33,503 nt of DNA from the NCBI GenBank assembly GCA_000697335.1, contig JNEM01006225.1, positions 1 through 33,503 of the forward strand. Reading direction: 5' to 3'. A program made the translations under genes and the position numbers. Positions 11,686 through 23,452 of this stretch are shown here, in pieces. A model generated the notes under the pieces. That model was not told the DNA's origin. It did not search any database and was given only the letters and a program-made list of their open reading frames with translations. This stretch comes from Conidiobolus incongruus B7586. Taxonomy: Eukaryota. How positions within the stretch are numbered: position 1 is the first letter of the stretch; every line of letters begins with the position of its first letter.

Positions 11686-12741
11686 ATTTATACTGGATAA
11701 TTAATTTGTTTTCATTTTCAAATAATATTAAATCAACACAAAAATATTATTTCCAAAATTTTAATATGCAAGATATTGGGAGAGATATTTCAAAAATGGC
11801 TTATTCTTTTTTGGGGGGGAAAGTGAATAAAATTTATTCTAAAATATATGTTATTTTGTATTTATTGGATAAAAATAATCAAAATAATATTGCCATTTTT
11901 AAATGATAAGCTTAATTGACAATCTATATCATTAAACATCGTATTATAGTAAAAAAATTGAATATCAGAGGAGTTCTCATAATTATTCGATTAATATATT
12001 CTCTTAGCTAAATACCTTAATATCAAAAATACTATTTAGCTTAAAAAATTATATGAATATATTGTAATTAAAGTCATTCAACAAGCTGAATAGAACTATT
12101 TTTAAGAAATAATTATTTTATTCAGAGTATAAAATTGTCAAAAAGTTCAATATTTCAATAATATATAGTAATTAGTAATATACTAATATATTTATTAGAC
12201 AAAAGAAATTTATATTGATTCAATTTTAACAAACTAAATTAATTAAAATTTATTAGTTTTTTTAATTAATATGGAGAAATGTATTTGAATTGAAATTATT
12301 TAATAATAGCTTATCAATATTATTAATTATATATAAAATTGTACTTAGATATACCTAATATTATCGATATTTTCAAATAAAAAATGATAATCGCCATATT
12401 TTTGATATATTGTAATTTTATTTTAAGATCAAAAAAAATATTTAATTATGGCTTATTTGGTATCATCAATTATATTAGTTTTAAATTTATAAAATTAATT
12501 TTATATTTAATATACCTAATTAAAATTGATTATTGAATGATAAATAATTTTGCAAAATTTTATAATTTGATTATAAATAATGATTATTGATAGTAAAAGA
12601 GTTTACTTTTCATATTGAAATATTCAATAATTCTCAATATTTATTTATTAAAGTTATATTGATAATAATTTTATATATTTATTTCTCAAATTTTAAAATA
12701 TAAATTAATTTAATTCATTAGGTTTTTTTCAATTTATAATA

Positions 12742-14060
12742 TTACTTTGTAATTTAAATAATGGGAATTTTTTGTGATTGAAAAAAATAAATATTTTAAT
12801 ATATAAAAAGTAAAAATAAATATATATTATAAAATTAATAATTTCCTTTATTTCTAATAACTTTTTACTATAGTTTTGGTAAAGATCTAACACCTAAAAA
12901 ACAATTCTTTTTATTAAAGACTGAAATTTGATATTTCACAAACCAATTAAATTTTTTTGTAGAAATTTTCTTTCTTGTAAGCTGGTTTTTTAATTACCTA
13001 AAACAATTATAATCACATAGGTTATAATCTAGGGAATATATTAGATATGGTAGTTTTTTCCAGTTATTTTTAATTAAAAAGTTTTTTATAACTTTAGATT
13101 TATGTATTTTGCAATTATCATATAAAATAATAGGTTTTCTCAAATTATATTAAGAATACCAATTAGAAATAGTTTTATTTAAAAAAGAAATATAAAGTTT
13201 ACTATTAATTGATTTTCCTTTAGGAACTAAATAAAAATATCATATGCTATTATAGTTTATTACAACAATTAACATTTACTTATCAATAAAGTATTTATTT
13301 AAAGGAATTTGTAGAGGGGGTTGATTTAGCTTAATCTAACACTTTGATTTATGTTTTAGTAAAAGATTATATAAAAGAATCTAAAATTCATCAATTATAA
13401 TAATTTGCTATAAAAGCTTTAGTTTCTAGCTATACCTTAGTAAGTTTTGTTTAATAGTAGCTACTTTAGCTTTTTTTTAAGCTTTAGTTAAATTATAAGG
13501 TATTTATTTTATATTTTTATTAATTAATTTTAATTTAAACTTTAATATATATAAAATACTTATATAACTAATATTAAAGTGTTTTGATAATTCTTTAGCT
13601 GAAATAAAAAGATACTATTCAATATATTTTTTTACTTTATTAACAGTTAGAAGAGCAATAGTTGAAATTAGTTTTTTAGATTTTAGCAAGTTTTAGGTAA
13701 TTTTTCTCTTAGCTTTAAAGTAATTTACCTAGTAATAAATTGTTGATTTAGATAATATTTCATTATGAAAAGCTGCTTGTGATTTTTAAATGATTTTAGA
13801 GGGTTTATAGTTAAGTTTTATAAATACTAAAATAAAAAACTTTTGATAGTTACTATTTAGTTTAAATATAATTAAATTAAATAACTAATTTTAAAAAATT
13901 ATTTTTTTAATCAAAAAAGTTATTATAAATATATATTTATATATAATTCAAAACTATTTATTTTCTTATTTGTTTTGTATATATTTTTTTATTTGAAACT
14001 AATAATATGTTTGAAAAATCAGAAATTAAAAAATTTCCCATTTTTTTAATTCTTTGGTAA
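12742..14060 (-). mobile_element. Degenerate mariner (DD34D) DNA transposon, copy 1, ~1.32 kb, heavily C>T/G>A mutated
   Basis: Minus-strand translation of the core is in one frame: K*IPYNL (WVPHEL-like, 13489-13509), IIIDEF*ILLYN (first D 13390-13392), ILYDNCKIH (second D 13117-13119), WKKLPYLIYSLDYNLCDYNCF (YSPDLAPSDY-like, third D 13012-13014). Exactly 34 residues separate D2 and D3. Imperfect TIRs (TTACTTTGTAATTTAAATAATGGGAATTTTTT ... AAAAAATTTCCCATTTTTTTAATTCTTTGGTAA) are flanked by TA. Confidence 0.88.
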
Positions 14061-14062
14061 TA

Positions 14063-15389
14063 ATTTAAACTTATAGGAATTTGAATTAATATAAAAATAT
14101 TAATATAAAAATTAAATAATAGCATAATTTTAAAATTAAAATTAAGTAAATATATTAATAAATAATATAAAATTAATAATCTCTTTTATTAGTAATAACT
14201 TTTTTCTATATTTTTGGTAAGCTTTTAATAATTAAAAAACAGTTTTTTGTATTAAAGACTAAAATTTAATATTTTATAAATCAATTTATTTTATTTATAG
14301 GAATTTTTTTTCTATAAGCTAATTTATTAATTATTTAAAATAATTATAATCATATAAATTATAATCAAATGAATATACTAGATATAATAACTCTCTCTAG
14401 TTTTTTATATAAAAATCTTTTATAACTTTAGCTTTATATATTTTATAATTATTATGTAAAATAATAGTTATTTTCAATATATATTAAGAATATCATTAAA
14501 AAATAGTTTCATTTAAAAAATGATATATAATTAACTATTAATTGATTTTCCTTGAGATATTAAATAAAAAACTATATACCATTATAATTTATTTTAATAA
14601 TTAATATTTATTTATATTTAAAATACTTATTTATTAGAATTTATAAAGAGGATTAATTTAACTTAATATAATACTTTATTTTTTATTTAAACACAAGATT
14701 ATATAAAAAATTTAGAATTTATTAATTATAAATATTTACTGTAAAAACCTCTGTTTTTAGTTATACCTTAATAAATTTAGTTTAGCTATAGCTACTCTAG
14801 TTTTTTTAAGCTTTTGTTAATTTATAAAATATTTATTTTATATTTTTAAAATTAATTTAAATTTAAACTTAAGTATATATAATATACTTATATAATTAAT
14901 ATTAAATTACTTTCATAATTCTTTAACTAAAATAAAAAGATATTTCTTAATATATTTTTTTATTTTATTAGTAAGTAAAAGAATAATAATAAAAATTAAT
15001 CTTTTAAATTTTGGTAAATTTTAAATAATATCCCTTTTAACTTTAAAATCACAAATTTAGTAATATATAGTAGTTTTAGATAAAGCACCATCTTTATAAG
15101 CTGTTTACAAGTTTTAGATGATTTTAGAGGGTTTATGGTTAAGTTTTAAAGATACAAAAATAAAAACCTTTTGATAATCATTATCTAGTTCAAGTATAAT
15201 TAAATTTAAATATAAATTTTAAAATCAAAATATTTTAATAAAAAAATAATTAAAGTTGAATATATATATATATAGTTTGAAAATATTTATTTTCCTATAT
15301 ATTCTATATATAAATAATCTTTCCAAATGTATAATATGCTTGAAAGATCAGAAATTAAAAAATTTACCATTTTTTAATTTCCATACTAA
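14063..15389 (-). mobile_element. Degenerate mariner, copy 2, in direct tandem with copy 1
   Basis: Colinear with copy 1 along its length (e.g. ATGATTTTAGAGGGTTTAT near 13790 and 15118; ATCAGAAATTAAAAAATTT near 14018 and 15347). The right TIR ends ...TTTCCATACTAA followed by TA. The left TIR appears truncated at the junction, so the left boundary is approximate. Confidence 0.85.
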
Positions 15390-15698
15390 TATATTTATGT
15401 CTAAAAAATGCTTTTGATATGAAGTCTATATCAAAGTTTCTATTTTTTTTTCCTCACTTAATCTAATAATCTTATATATATATAGTATTATTATTCATAA
15501 TTTTTATATATAGTAATTTAATATATTCATATAAAAGTTTAAAGCAATTGAATTAATTTATATTAATATTTATATAATGAATGAACCATTATCTAGAAAA
15601 ATTTAAAGAAAAATTTTTAAATATTTTAATTTGAAGTAAAATGTTTAAAAATGCAATCTAATATGTCAATGTTTATTGATAGATCTTCTTTATGTAGG

Positions 15699-16473
15699 TT
15701 AAAAACCAAGTCTATCTTTATAAGATTGCAAATTTCTATCCCCTGAAATCATATCTAATGCATCTTTTTAACTAAGTAAATTTTATTGTATTTCACGAAC
15801 TCTAAGGTCCTTACTAATGAATAAAACCACATGTGTAAATATTCGAGAATAATTTTTCAATTCAGGAATTTGACCAGACTAAGCAAATAAGGTTTTTTTT
15901 TGAAATTCTCAGCTGCGTGTGTTCCTTGTAATTTGACAGTATCGCCAAGAGTAAAAATATGAGAATATTTGAGGTTGATTAACTGTAATGTAAATCTGAC
16001 CTTGATTAAGTACTTTTGTTCTAATAAGCGATACACAACGGTGAAGTCGAGACCTAAAATATCGTTAACAGGGCTACTAGTACCCGCACAGTTGAGGACT
16101 AAATCTGTATATAATTAAAAACCTTGTTGTTTATTATTTCATGAACTATTTTTCCATTGATTTCTCACTTAGTTTCTGATACGAGTTGGTTTTCGAAATG
16201 CAATCCTTCAACGATTTTATTCTTTAACTTATCGGAGTATTTAGCTACAATTGAGAGAGCTCTTAAATGAATAATAGATTTAGTATAGTCTCTGTACACA
16301 ATAGCTTTAATGTCACCAGCCGAGTAGCAAAATCTTGTCTCTTGTCAAATAGTTTGAGCTTGACACTATTTTTCCAAACCAATGGTCTGGACCAGATTAT
16401 TAACGAAGCAGAGGCCACCAAAGTTTACTCCGATAATCCCAATTCTAATTAAATTTCTAGAAGCTGGAACCAT
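15699..16473 (-). pseudogene. AMID/FSP1-like pseudogene, copy C (large internal deletion, frameshifts, stops)
   Basis: MVPASRNLIRIGIIGVNFGGLCFVNNLVQTIGLENSVKLKLFDKRQDF, then after ..RDYTKSI it jumps to IHLRALSIVAKYSDKLKNKIVE (about 110 codons missing). Later come DLVLNCAG..PVNDILGLD, LQLINLKYSHIFTLGD and the C-terminal DRLGF*. Confidence 0.85.
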
Positions 16474-16842
16474 TTTGAACAGTGATTGATATATGAATTA
16501 ATTTGATATTAGGAATATGATAAATTATTTCATTCAATCCGATCTTTTAATTTGGAAAAAGTTTTAAATTTGATTGTATATAAAAGTTGCATAATCGCAA
16601 CAGTTATTTAGTAATTTATTCAGGAACTCAAATTTCAGGTCAAGGCTGCTTATAACTGTTGCAATAGTATATGCCAATTTCAAGTCTACTGTATTCAACC
16701 ACTTTACAATATAATATTTACTTTAATATCATAATAAAAATTATAAAGCAACTATATTTATTGGAATCATTTATATTCAATTATACAAGATCAGAATAGA
16801 ATATTTTTATAAATCATTTTATTTAATAATTTGAAAATCCTA

Positions 16843-16846
<4 letters not shown>

Positions 16847-16880
<34 letters not shown>
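16847..16880. repeat. (AT)17 microsatellite
   Basis: Perfect AT dinucleotide run. Confidence 0.9.
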
Positions 16881-16884
<4 letters not shown>

Positions 16885-17358
16885 AATATTAGATATTTCA
16901 TTTCAAAATTGATGAATCCAGTTAATTTTTATAAGTTTGCAATTTCAATATAATCAATCACTTAGATTATATAGGTTTAATTATTCTTTTTAATAAAGTT
17001 TGCATCAATTATTCTTCCTTCCTTCACATTAAATTCTAATCAAGTATTTGTTGAGTAATATATTTTGTTTTATTAATTTTATTATTTAAAAATTAGAAAA
17101 TGAATATATTAATTAAATTTTAAATTATGAAATTTACAGAATATTCTTAAAGGCAATGATTTGAGATATTAAGTATATAATTGAAATTTATTTAAAAAAT
17201 TTTTATATTCAAACAATTATTCAAAGTAAATAGTTATAAAATTCATATTTGTGACTAATAAATGATTATTTTATGAATAAAAAATTAGTAAACTATTAGT
17301 TTTATAAAAAAGTTGAGTTATTCAAGTGATGGGAAAAATAATCTTCACTTTGATACAT

Positions 17359-17430
17359 TGACGCGTGAGAGACTCGAACTCCCAGCCTTCCGCTCTGGAG
17401 GCGGACGCGCTACCATTGCGCCAACACGTC
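17359..17430 (-). tRNA. tRNA-Trp (CCA), copy 1
   Basis: GACGTGTTGGCGCAATGGTAGCGCGTCCGCCTCCAGAGCGGAAGGCTGGGAGTTCGAGTCTCTCACGCGTCA: full cloverleaf, A/B boxes, anticodon loop CT-CCA-GA, no intron. T5 terminator at 17334-17338. Confidence 0.97.
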
Positions 17431-17776
17431 TTAGTTTACCTTTTTTATTTTTAATATGAGATATATTATAATTTACGATTTTTTTACCAACCACTTTATT
17501 TTAATTAATTAAAATTAAATTAATCTAAATAATTTCTTAGATTTTACCATTTTATCTCTTATTTTATATATATCATTCTCTAAAACATAATTAAATTCAT
17601 ATTTTATAGTATCATTATCAACATTACCTAAATATAAAAATAATATTTAACCATTATATTTCAATATTAATTTTCTTAATTTTCAAATAAAATTTTATCA
17701 TTATTTAATTATTAATATTAAAATATATTTTGTTATTGAATAATTTTGATCTTGATAAAAATCTACAAATTATGGA

Positions 17777-18922
17777 TTAATCATTGAATGCACTTTTGAA
17801 ACAACTTGTTAAGAATATATCACCATTGCTGATTTCTTTAATATCTTTGAAATCGACAATACTGTGATTCATTTCAAAAATAGCATGATGTTCACCAAGA
17901 AGTAAAATTAAATGAAAAATGGCTTAGGGTAATTTTTCAATTTTTTGAACCTCACCAGCTTGAGTATCTAAAAGTTTTTAGATAGCTTTAGCTACAAAGA
18001 AACCTTGATACATTACAAATCCAGCGAGTTCGGTCTCTTATCAGTCATTAATATCACCTAGGGAGAATATATATGAACACTTCGGTTTGATTAGTTACAT
18101 AATATACTTGATCCTTACCAGTTGATGTTCATCCACAAAAGATATCCCTTTGTTGATCCTAGGTCTAAAACATTGATGATCAGTTTGCCAGGACCGATAC
18201 AATTAAAGATCAAATCAACTGAAAGTTAAACATCTTAGCTGATTTTTAGAATATAAAGGACTTTCCATTTCCTTCGTGTTGACTCTAATACACAACACGG
18301 TTTTCGAAAATTAAATCTACATTAATATATTTTAACTCGTAAATAGTTTCACTTTTGAACTCAGTAAAAGAGTCTACAATTGGAACAGCTCTTGAATGAA
18401 TTAACGTAACTTCTCAGGATAGCGTGACTTGATACCAGCACCATTTTCTATACCGACGGCATCAGCACATAGAATTACAAATGTTAAAGTAGATTCAATT
18501 TTGTTGCTGTAATTTTGGAACCCATCCAAAAGGTCTTGCTTGGTGGATGATATGGGTCAAAAGGAAGATGAACAGTTTATCCAGTGACAACGGTAATGTA
18601 ATCAAAATCTTCACATTTCATTTTCCGTTTCAATGGTGCATTCAGTAACATGCGTAACGACACCATATTTGAATTCGATATTGGAATTAATATACAATTT
18701 TGGCTTGATGTGGTTGCGCCAAATGGCTTTAATACAATTTCCTTTTGCAAGAACTCGAGCCATACCGATTAAACGACAGAACCCTTGTCTTTTTTCAAAA
18801 ATTATTACCCTGATATTGTTTTCGATTAAATCAAATGCATTTGTCGTATGAAATACAAAGCTCAGGTACTCATAGTTACTTTCAACTCTGCTAATTCTTA
18901 ATTTTTTAGACATTGGAATCAT
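17777..18922 (-). pseudogene. AMID/FSP1-like pseudogene, copy D (near full length, many stops and frameshifts)
   Basis: The ORF 18611-18928 is its 5' part (FEKRQGFCRLIGMARVL..KAIWRNH, with the glycine motif destroyed). Downstream remnants: DYITVVTG, GIKSRYPEK, DLIFNCIGPGK, LGDIND**E, MYQGFFVAKAI and the C-terminal GDIFLTSCFKSAFND*, which is most like copy E. Confidence 0.88.
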
Positions 18923-20889
18923 TATCACAAGTTTTTAATAAAATTACAAAATATTAATATTTCAAGTTATAGTAAACTCAATACTTAAGATTAAGCATCA
19001 ATTTGAACTAAAAAAATCTAATTTAAAATTTTAAAAATGAAATATTTATTATCTTGTATTCAAGTAACTAGTTGTAAAACAGAATATTCCTCACGTGTTT
19101 ATTTATGTATTAGTTAAATTACTTCTTATAAGTAATTATTGAATAATAATTAAATAATAATTAAATTTTATCTATGTTTTCTAGTATTATTCTTTTATTA
19201 ATTTTGTTTTTTAGAATATTTCTCGGTAATTTTTAACTCTTATCATCAGAGTTTTGTTATATAGTGAGCTTTCAATGCATTTATTATATTAAGTACTTAT
19301 TTCGAATTATATGACATTTTACAAAATCATTTTATGGAAATTTATAATGTATTTGAATCTCACTTATTCATTAAATGATCAAATTCCAATATTAATTGAA
19401 ATATGTAAATTTATTATTTCAGAAGCTATCTTTTTGTGAATGAATCTGATTAATGATTCATTATTTGGCTTCTAATTGATTTGTTTATTATTAATATCCT
19501 GTGTAAGATGATAACACCAGTCACTCTAATTAGATAAAAATATTCCTGCATTAAATTTAGTATAAAGTTCATTCTTTATCAATAATAAACAAGTCTTTTT
19601 TCTATTTTCATAACACAATAATATAATAATAGTAAAAAGTAGTTCTTTGGTAAATATTTCATTATAATCAATGGGTGATCTTAAAAAAATATATTATAAA
19701 AGATCACTTCATTAAATCATTTGGATTATAATATTTGGAAATATTTGGAACAAACAATAAGCAACAGCTTCCTTTGCAACTACATTTGCTACAATAATAC
19801 TATAGAATAACTTAGTTAATTTATACTTTTTCAATTGATGACTTCTTGTATATTTAGAGTATTAAATGCTTTTTTAATTAAATAATCAACTTATTATATA
19901 TTATAATTTCAATAGTTTGATAAAAATGAATAAATTATATATTATATTAAATAATTAAGAAATGTAATTTATAAGGAAAATATTGAGTTTAAAAGAATAA
20001 TCTGATTAAATTATAAATCAATTATCAAAGATTTTAATTAGTATATTTTAATCAAGAGATTACAAAATATTAATACTTAAATACTATTTATGAAACAAAT
20101 TTTATCTATTATTTTCACATTTTCTAAAAATTTCTCATATTTTAGTATCCTACCATCGTTTAATTAATTGATTTTCATAATTTATAAAATCATCATATAA
20201 TAAAAATAATTTTAAAATATAATTAAACAATTTTAACAAAAATATTTTACTTATTATATAAAAGCAGATATTTCAAAAAGTAATAATTACACCAATTAAA
20301 TACAGATGAAACGAATTCGTTAAATGAATCAGGAAATATATTATATATAACATGGATTTTATTATCGTATTTTAAATCTTTTTTATTGTTAAATAGAACA
20401 ATAATACCTAGAAATTTATTTGAATTTCAGATTAATGATCATATAAGTTACTATATTACCAATATCTATAAAGTTTACAAAGAATTTAATTATAAAGTCA
20501 TTGAATTATTCTTTAGTTAAAGACATGTATATGAATCTCATTATATTAAAAAAATATTCTTTGACGAATATTGATAATAATACTATTTCCTCAGTAAAAT
20601 TGCTTAAATTGTAATATTATGTCGTTTATTAATATTTATTGTGATGTTGGATTATTATTTTTAAAAAAGTTATATAAACTATAAAAAATATTAATATTAC
20701 TTAAAATAGATATATATTATATTAAATTACTATTCACTTTATAAATACTATACTTTTGATTATCATATTCATTTGCTAAAATAGAATTAATCTTCAAATT
20801 TCTACAATTATTAAAGTGTTTTGAATAATAGAGAATATTAAATAATTCAAAGGAAAATATATTTTCAATTTCATTATAAATATCATTAC

Positions 20890-20909
20890 ATATATATATA
20901 TATATATAT
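20890..20909. repeat. (AT)10 microsatellite
   Basis: Perfect AT dinucleotide run. Confidence 0.8.
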
Positions 20910-21147
20910 TTTAATGTAGTATATTATAATTTGAATTATACTTTAAATCTTTTCTGAATATTGAGATAGTATTAAAATTTCAATCAAAATATGAGAAATT
21001 TTCAGCATGAATAGTTTTTCGATTTTACACTTCCACAGAATAAGCATTAACAGTAATGATGCAACCAGTGCATTTTATAAAATTTATTATAAGATGCTGA
21101 ATGGAGGTATTAATGATGATAATCATTAAGAATGAGCCTTGAATATG

Positions 21148-22308
21148 TTAATTGATAAAGGCATCTTCTGTACAGCCTGTCAAGAACATATCACCTCTAG
21201 TCATCTTATGAATTTCTTCAAAACCTATGATACCCTCCTCCATCTCTCCAACTGCGTTACGCTCACCAAGGAGTAAGATCAAATGCAAAAATAATCTTGG
21301 GTAGTCTTCTAATTTAGGAGTTTCACCAGGTTGAGCATCAAGGAGCTTCTTGATGTTGTTAGCAGCAAACGATCCTTGGTACATAGCAGCTCCAGCAAGC
21401 TTGATCTCTTGCCAGTCGTTAATATCACCGATGGCGAAGATATGAGAGTATTTGGGATTAGCAAGTTGCATTGTTGGTCTGACTTTGACGAGATTGTATT
21501 GATCCAATAAGGGGTATTCTTCTGTGGATTCTAAGTCGAGAATATCGGTGACTGGCTTGCCGGGACCAATACAGTTGAAGACCAAATCAAAGGAAAGTTC
21601 AATACCTTTATTAGTTTTGAGGTGATAAATTTCCTTTCCATTTTCCTCGCGCTTACTTTCAGAGAGAACACGGTTTTCGAGAAGCAATTCAACACCAATA
21701 TCCTTTAACTCATCAACAACTTTATTTCTAAACTTGTCAGTGTAAGGACCAACAATAGGAAGGGTTCTTGAGTGAACCAAAGTAACTTTCTTCTCAGGAT
21801 AGTGTGACTTGATATCAGCAGCAAGTTCTACACCCACAGCACCAGCACCCACGACACCAATAGTTGAAGCAGCTTCGATTTTATTTCGGTAACCTTGATA
21901 CTCCTTTAAGTAGTCCTCCTTTGTGGATGAGCTAGGCCAAATTGGAGCACCACGGTTATAGCCAGTGGCAACAACAATATAGTCAAATTCCTCACTCTCA
22001 CCAGTTTCAGTTTCGATCGTGTTTTCAGTAACACGAGTGACTGTAGCATATTTGAATTGGATGTTAGAGTTGTTATACCACTTTAACTCCGTGTGGTTAC
22101 GCCAAATGGCTTTACCATATTCTTCATTTACAAGAGCGCGAGTAACACCAATCAAATGACAGAAACCTTGTCTCTTGTCAAAGATTTTAACCTTGATGTT
22201 ATATTCATTTATGTCGAGAGCTTCGACAAGAGAATTAACGAAACCAATACCTCCATAATTACCTCCAATTACACCAATTCTGGTGAGCTTTCTAGCAGCT
22301 GCGAGCAT
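21148..22308 (-). CDS. AMID/FSP1-like oxidoreductase, copy E (386 aa)
   Basis: Intact and intronless, with GGNYGG, ATG, GAGAVGVE and FAIGD motifs. Confidence 0.9.
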   Translation of the reverse strand: MLAAARKLTRIGVIGGNYGGIGFVNSLVEALDINEYNIKVKIFDKRQGFCHLIGVTRALVNEEYGKAIWRNHTELKWYNNSNIQFKYATVTRVTENTIETETGESEEFDYIVVATGYNRGAPIWPSSSTKEDYLKEYQGYRNKIEAASTIGVVGAGAVGVELAADIKSHYPEKKVTLVHSRTLPIVGPYTDKFRNKVVDELKDIGVELLLENRVLSESKREENGKEIYHLKTNKGIELSFDLVFNCIGPGKPVTDILDLESTEEYPLLDQYNLVKVRPTMQLANPKYSHIFAIGDINDWQEIKLAGAAMYQGSFAANNIKKLLDAQPGETPKLEDYPRLFLHLILLLGERNAVGEMEEGIIGFEEIHKMTRGDMFLTGCTEDAFIN

Positions 22309-22424
22309 AATGAAAATGTATTAGTATTCAATAAAATTAAATATTACCAATTATCTGAGTTATAAGCTTCTCAGTTATTTTAATTTTTAATTTTATAAAA
22401 TTTAATTTGAATTTTGAATAACCC

Positions 22425-23452
22425 TTTTTATAGTGTTGTAATTAACTTAATTATGTAACCTATTTCTTATCTGATAAAGTTGGATAAATTGTCAAATTTA
22501 AAATTCATTTTTAATCATCTTATAAATTCTAGCCTTTTAATTTAAAAATTTATAATTATCTCACTTAAATGATATAATATGAGAATAATATTAAGTAAAT
22601 AGTAGAATTATACTATACTTATCAGTATTTTTCTAACAATTATGATATTCTATATACCCATAAATCATTATACTGTTTAATAACCTGTATACACGTTGCA
22701 ATATTATAATGGATCAGCTTTCGGATATATGTATACCTTAATAATTATCATAACATAATTAAAAAACAGTGAGGTATATAGATAAGAAAGATATTATTTT
22801 GTTTATTAATCACCGATACTGCTATTAATAAAAGAAAATAGATATTTATTGTTACTTTAATTAATGATTGGTCATTCATTTTTTATATAAACAATATTCA
22901 AAATATTATTTTAAAAAATTGCAAAAAAGGGATTGATAAATAATAAATACAAGTATTATGGTTATTTAGTAGAATTTTGACTATTAGATGTAAAAAACTA
23001 AGCTAATATTTTATTATCCTCTGATAAATAGCTTTGAACTACTTTCAACTACTATTTAATTATAATTTTAAATAAATACATATCATATGATAATTCTTCT
23101 TTAAATGAATTATTCATTGTTATAATATATCTGCCACAGAGTAGATTTTTAAAAATCATAATTCGAATATTGTTATATAAAATACAATTTATTTTTGGTG
23201 TCCATGGCATATTTGATTAATTGGTTGTACAAATTGGAAGAATAACAGATACATTAATAGAGAAAAATGATATACTAACAATATCACTACCCAATAAATA
23301 TGCTTATTATCATTATATTTAATGGATGCATGCATGTTTGCGATACACTAATCATATTTACTTCACAAGCATTACCATTAATTTTATTGTAAAACATTAC
23401 ACAAATATCAGATAAGAGTTTGTGAAATTTCCAATTTAAAATTATCTGATAA
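22425..23452 (-). promoter_or_regulatory. Promoter of copy E: TATA box plus three ATCWGATAA sites
   Basis: TATAAAAA (minus) at 22425-22432; palindromic TTATCTGATAA at 22467-22477 and 23442-23452; ATCAGATAA 23407-23415. Confidence 0.65.

Noticed and set aside
11706..11906. 66-aa ORF
   Set aside because: Non-ATG start, intergenic composition and no motif.
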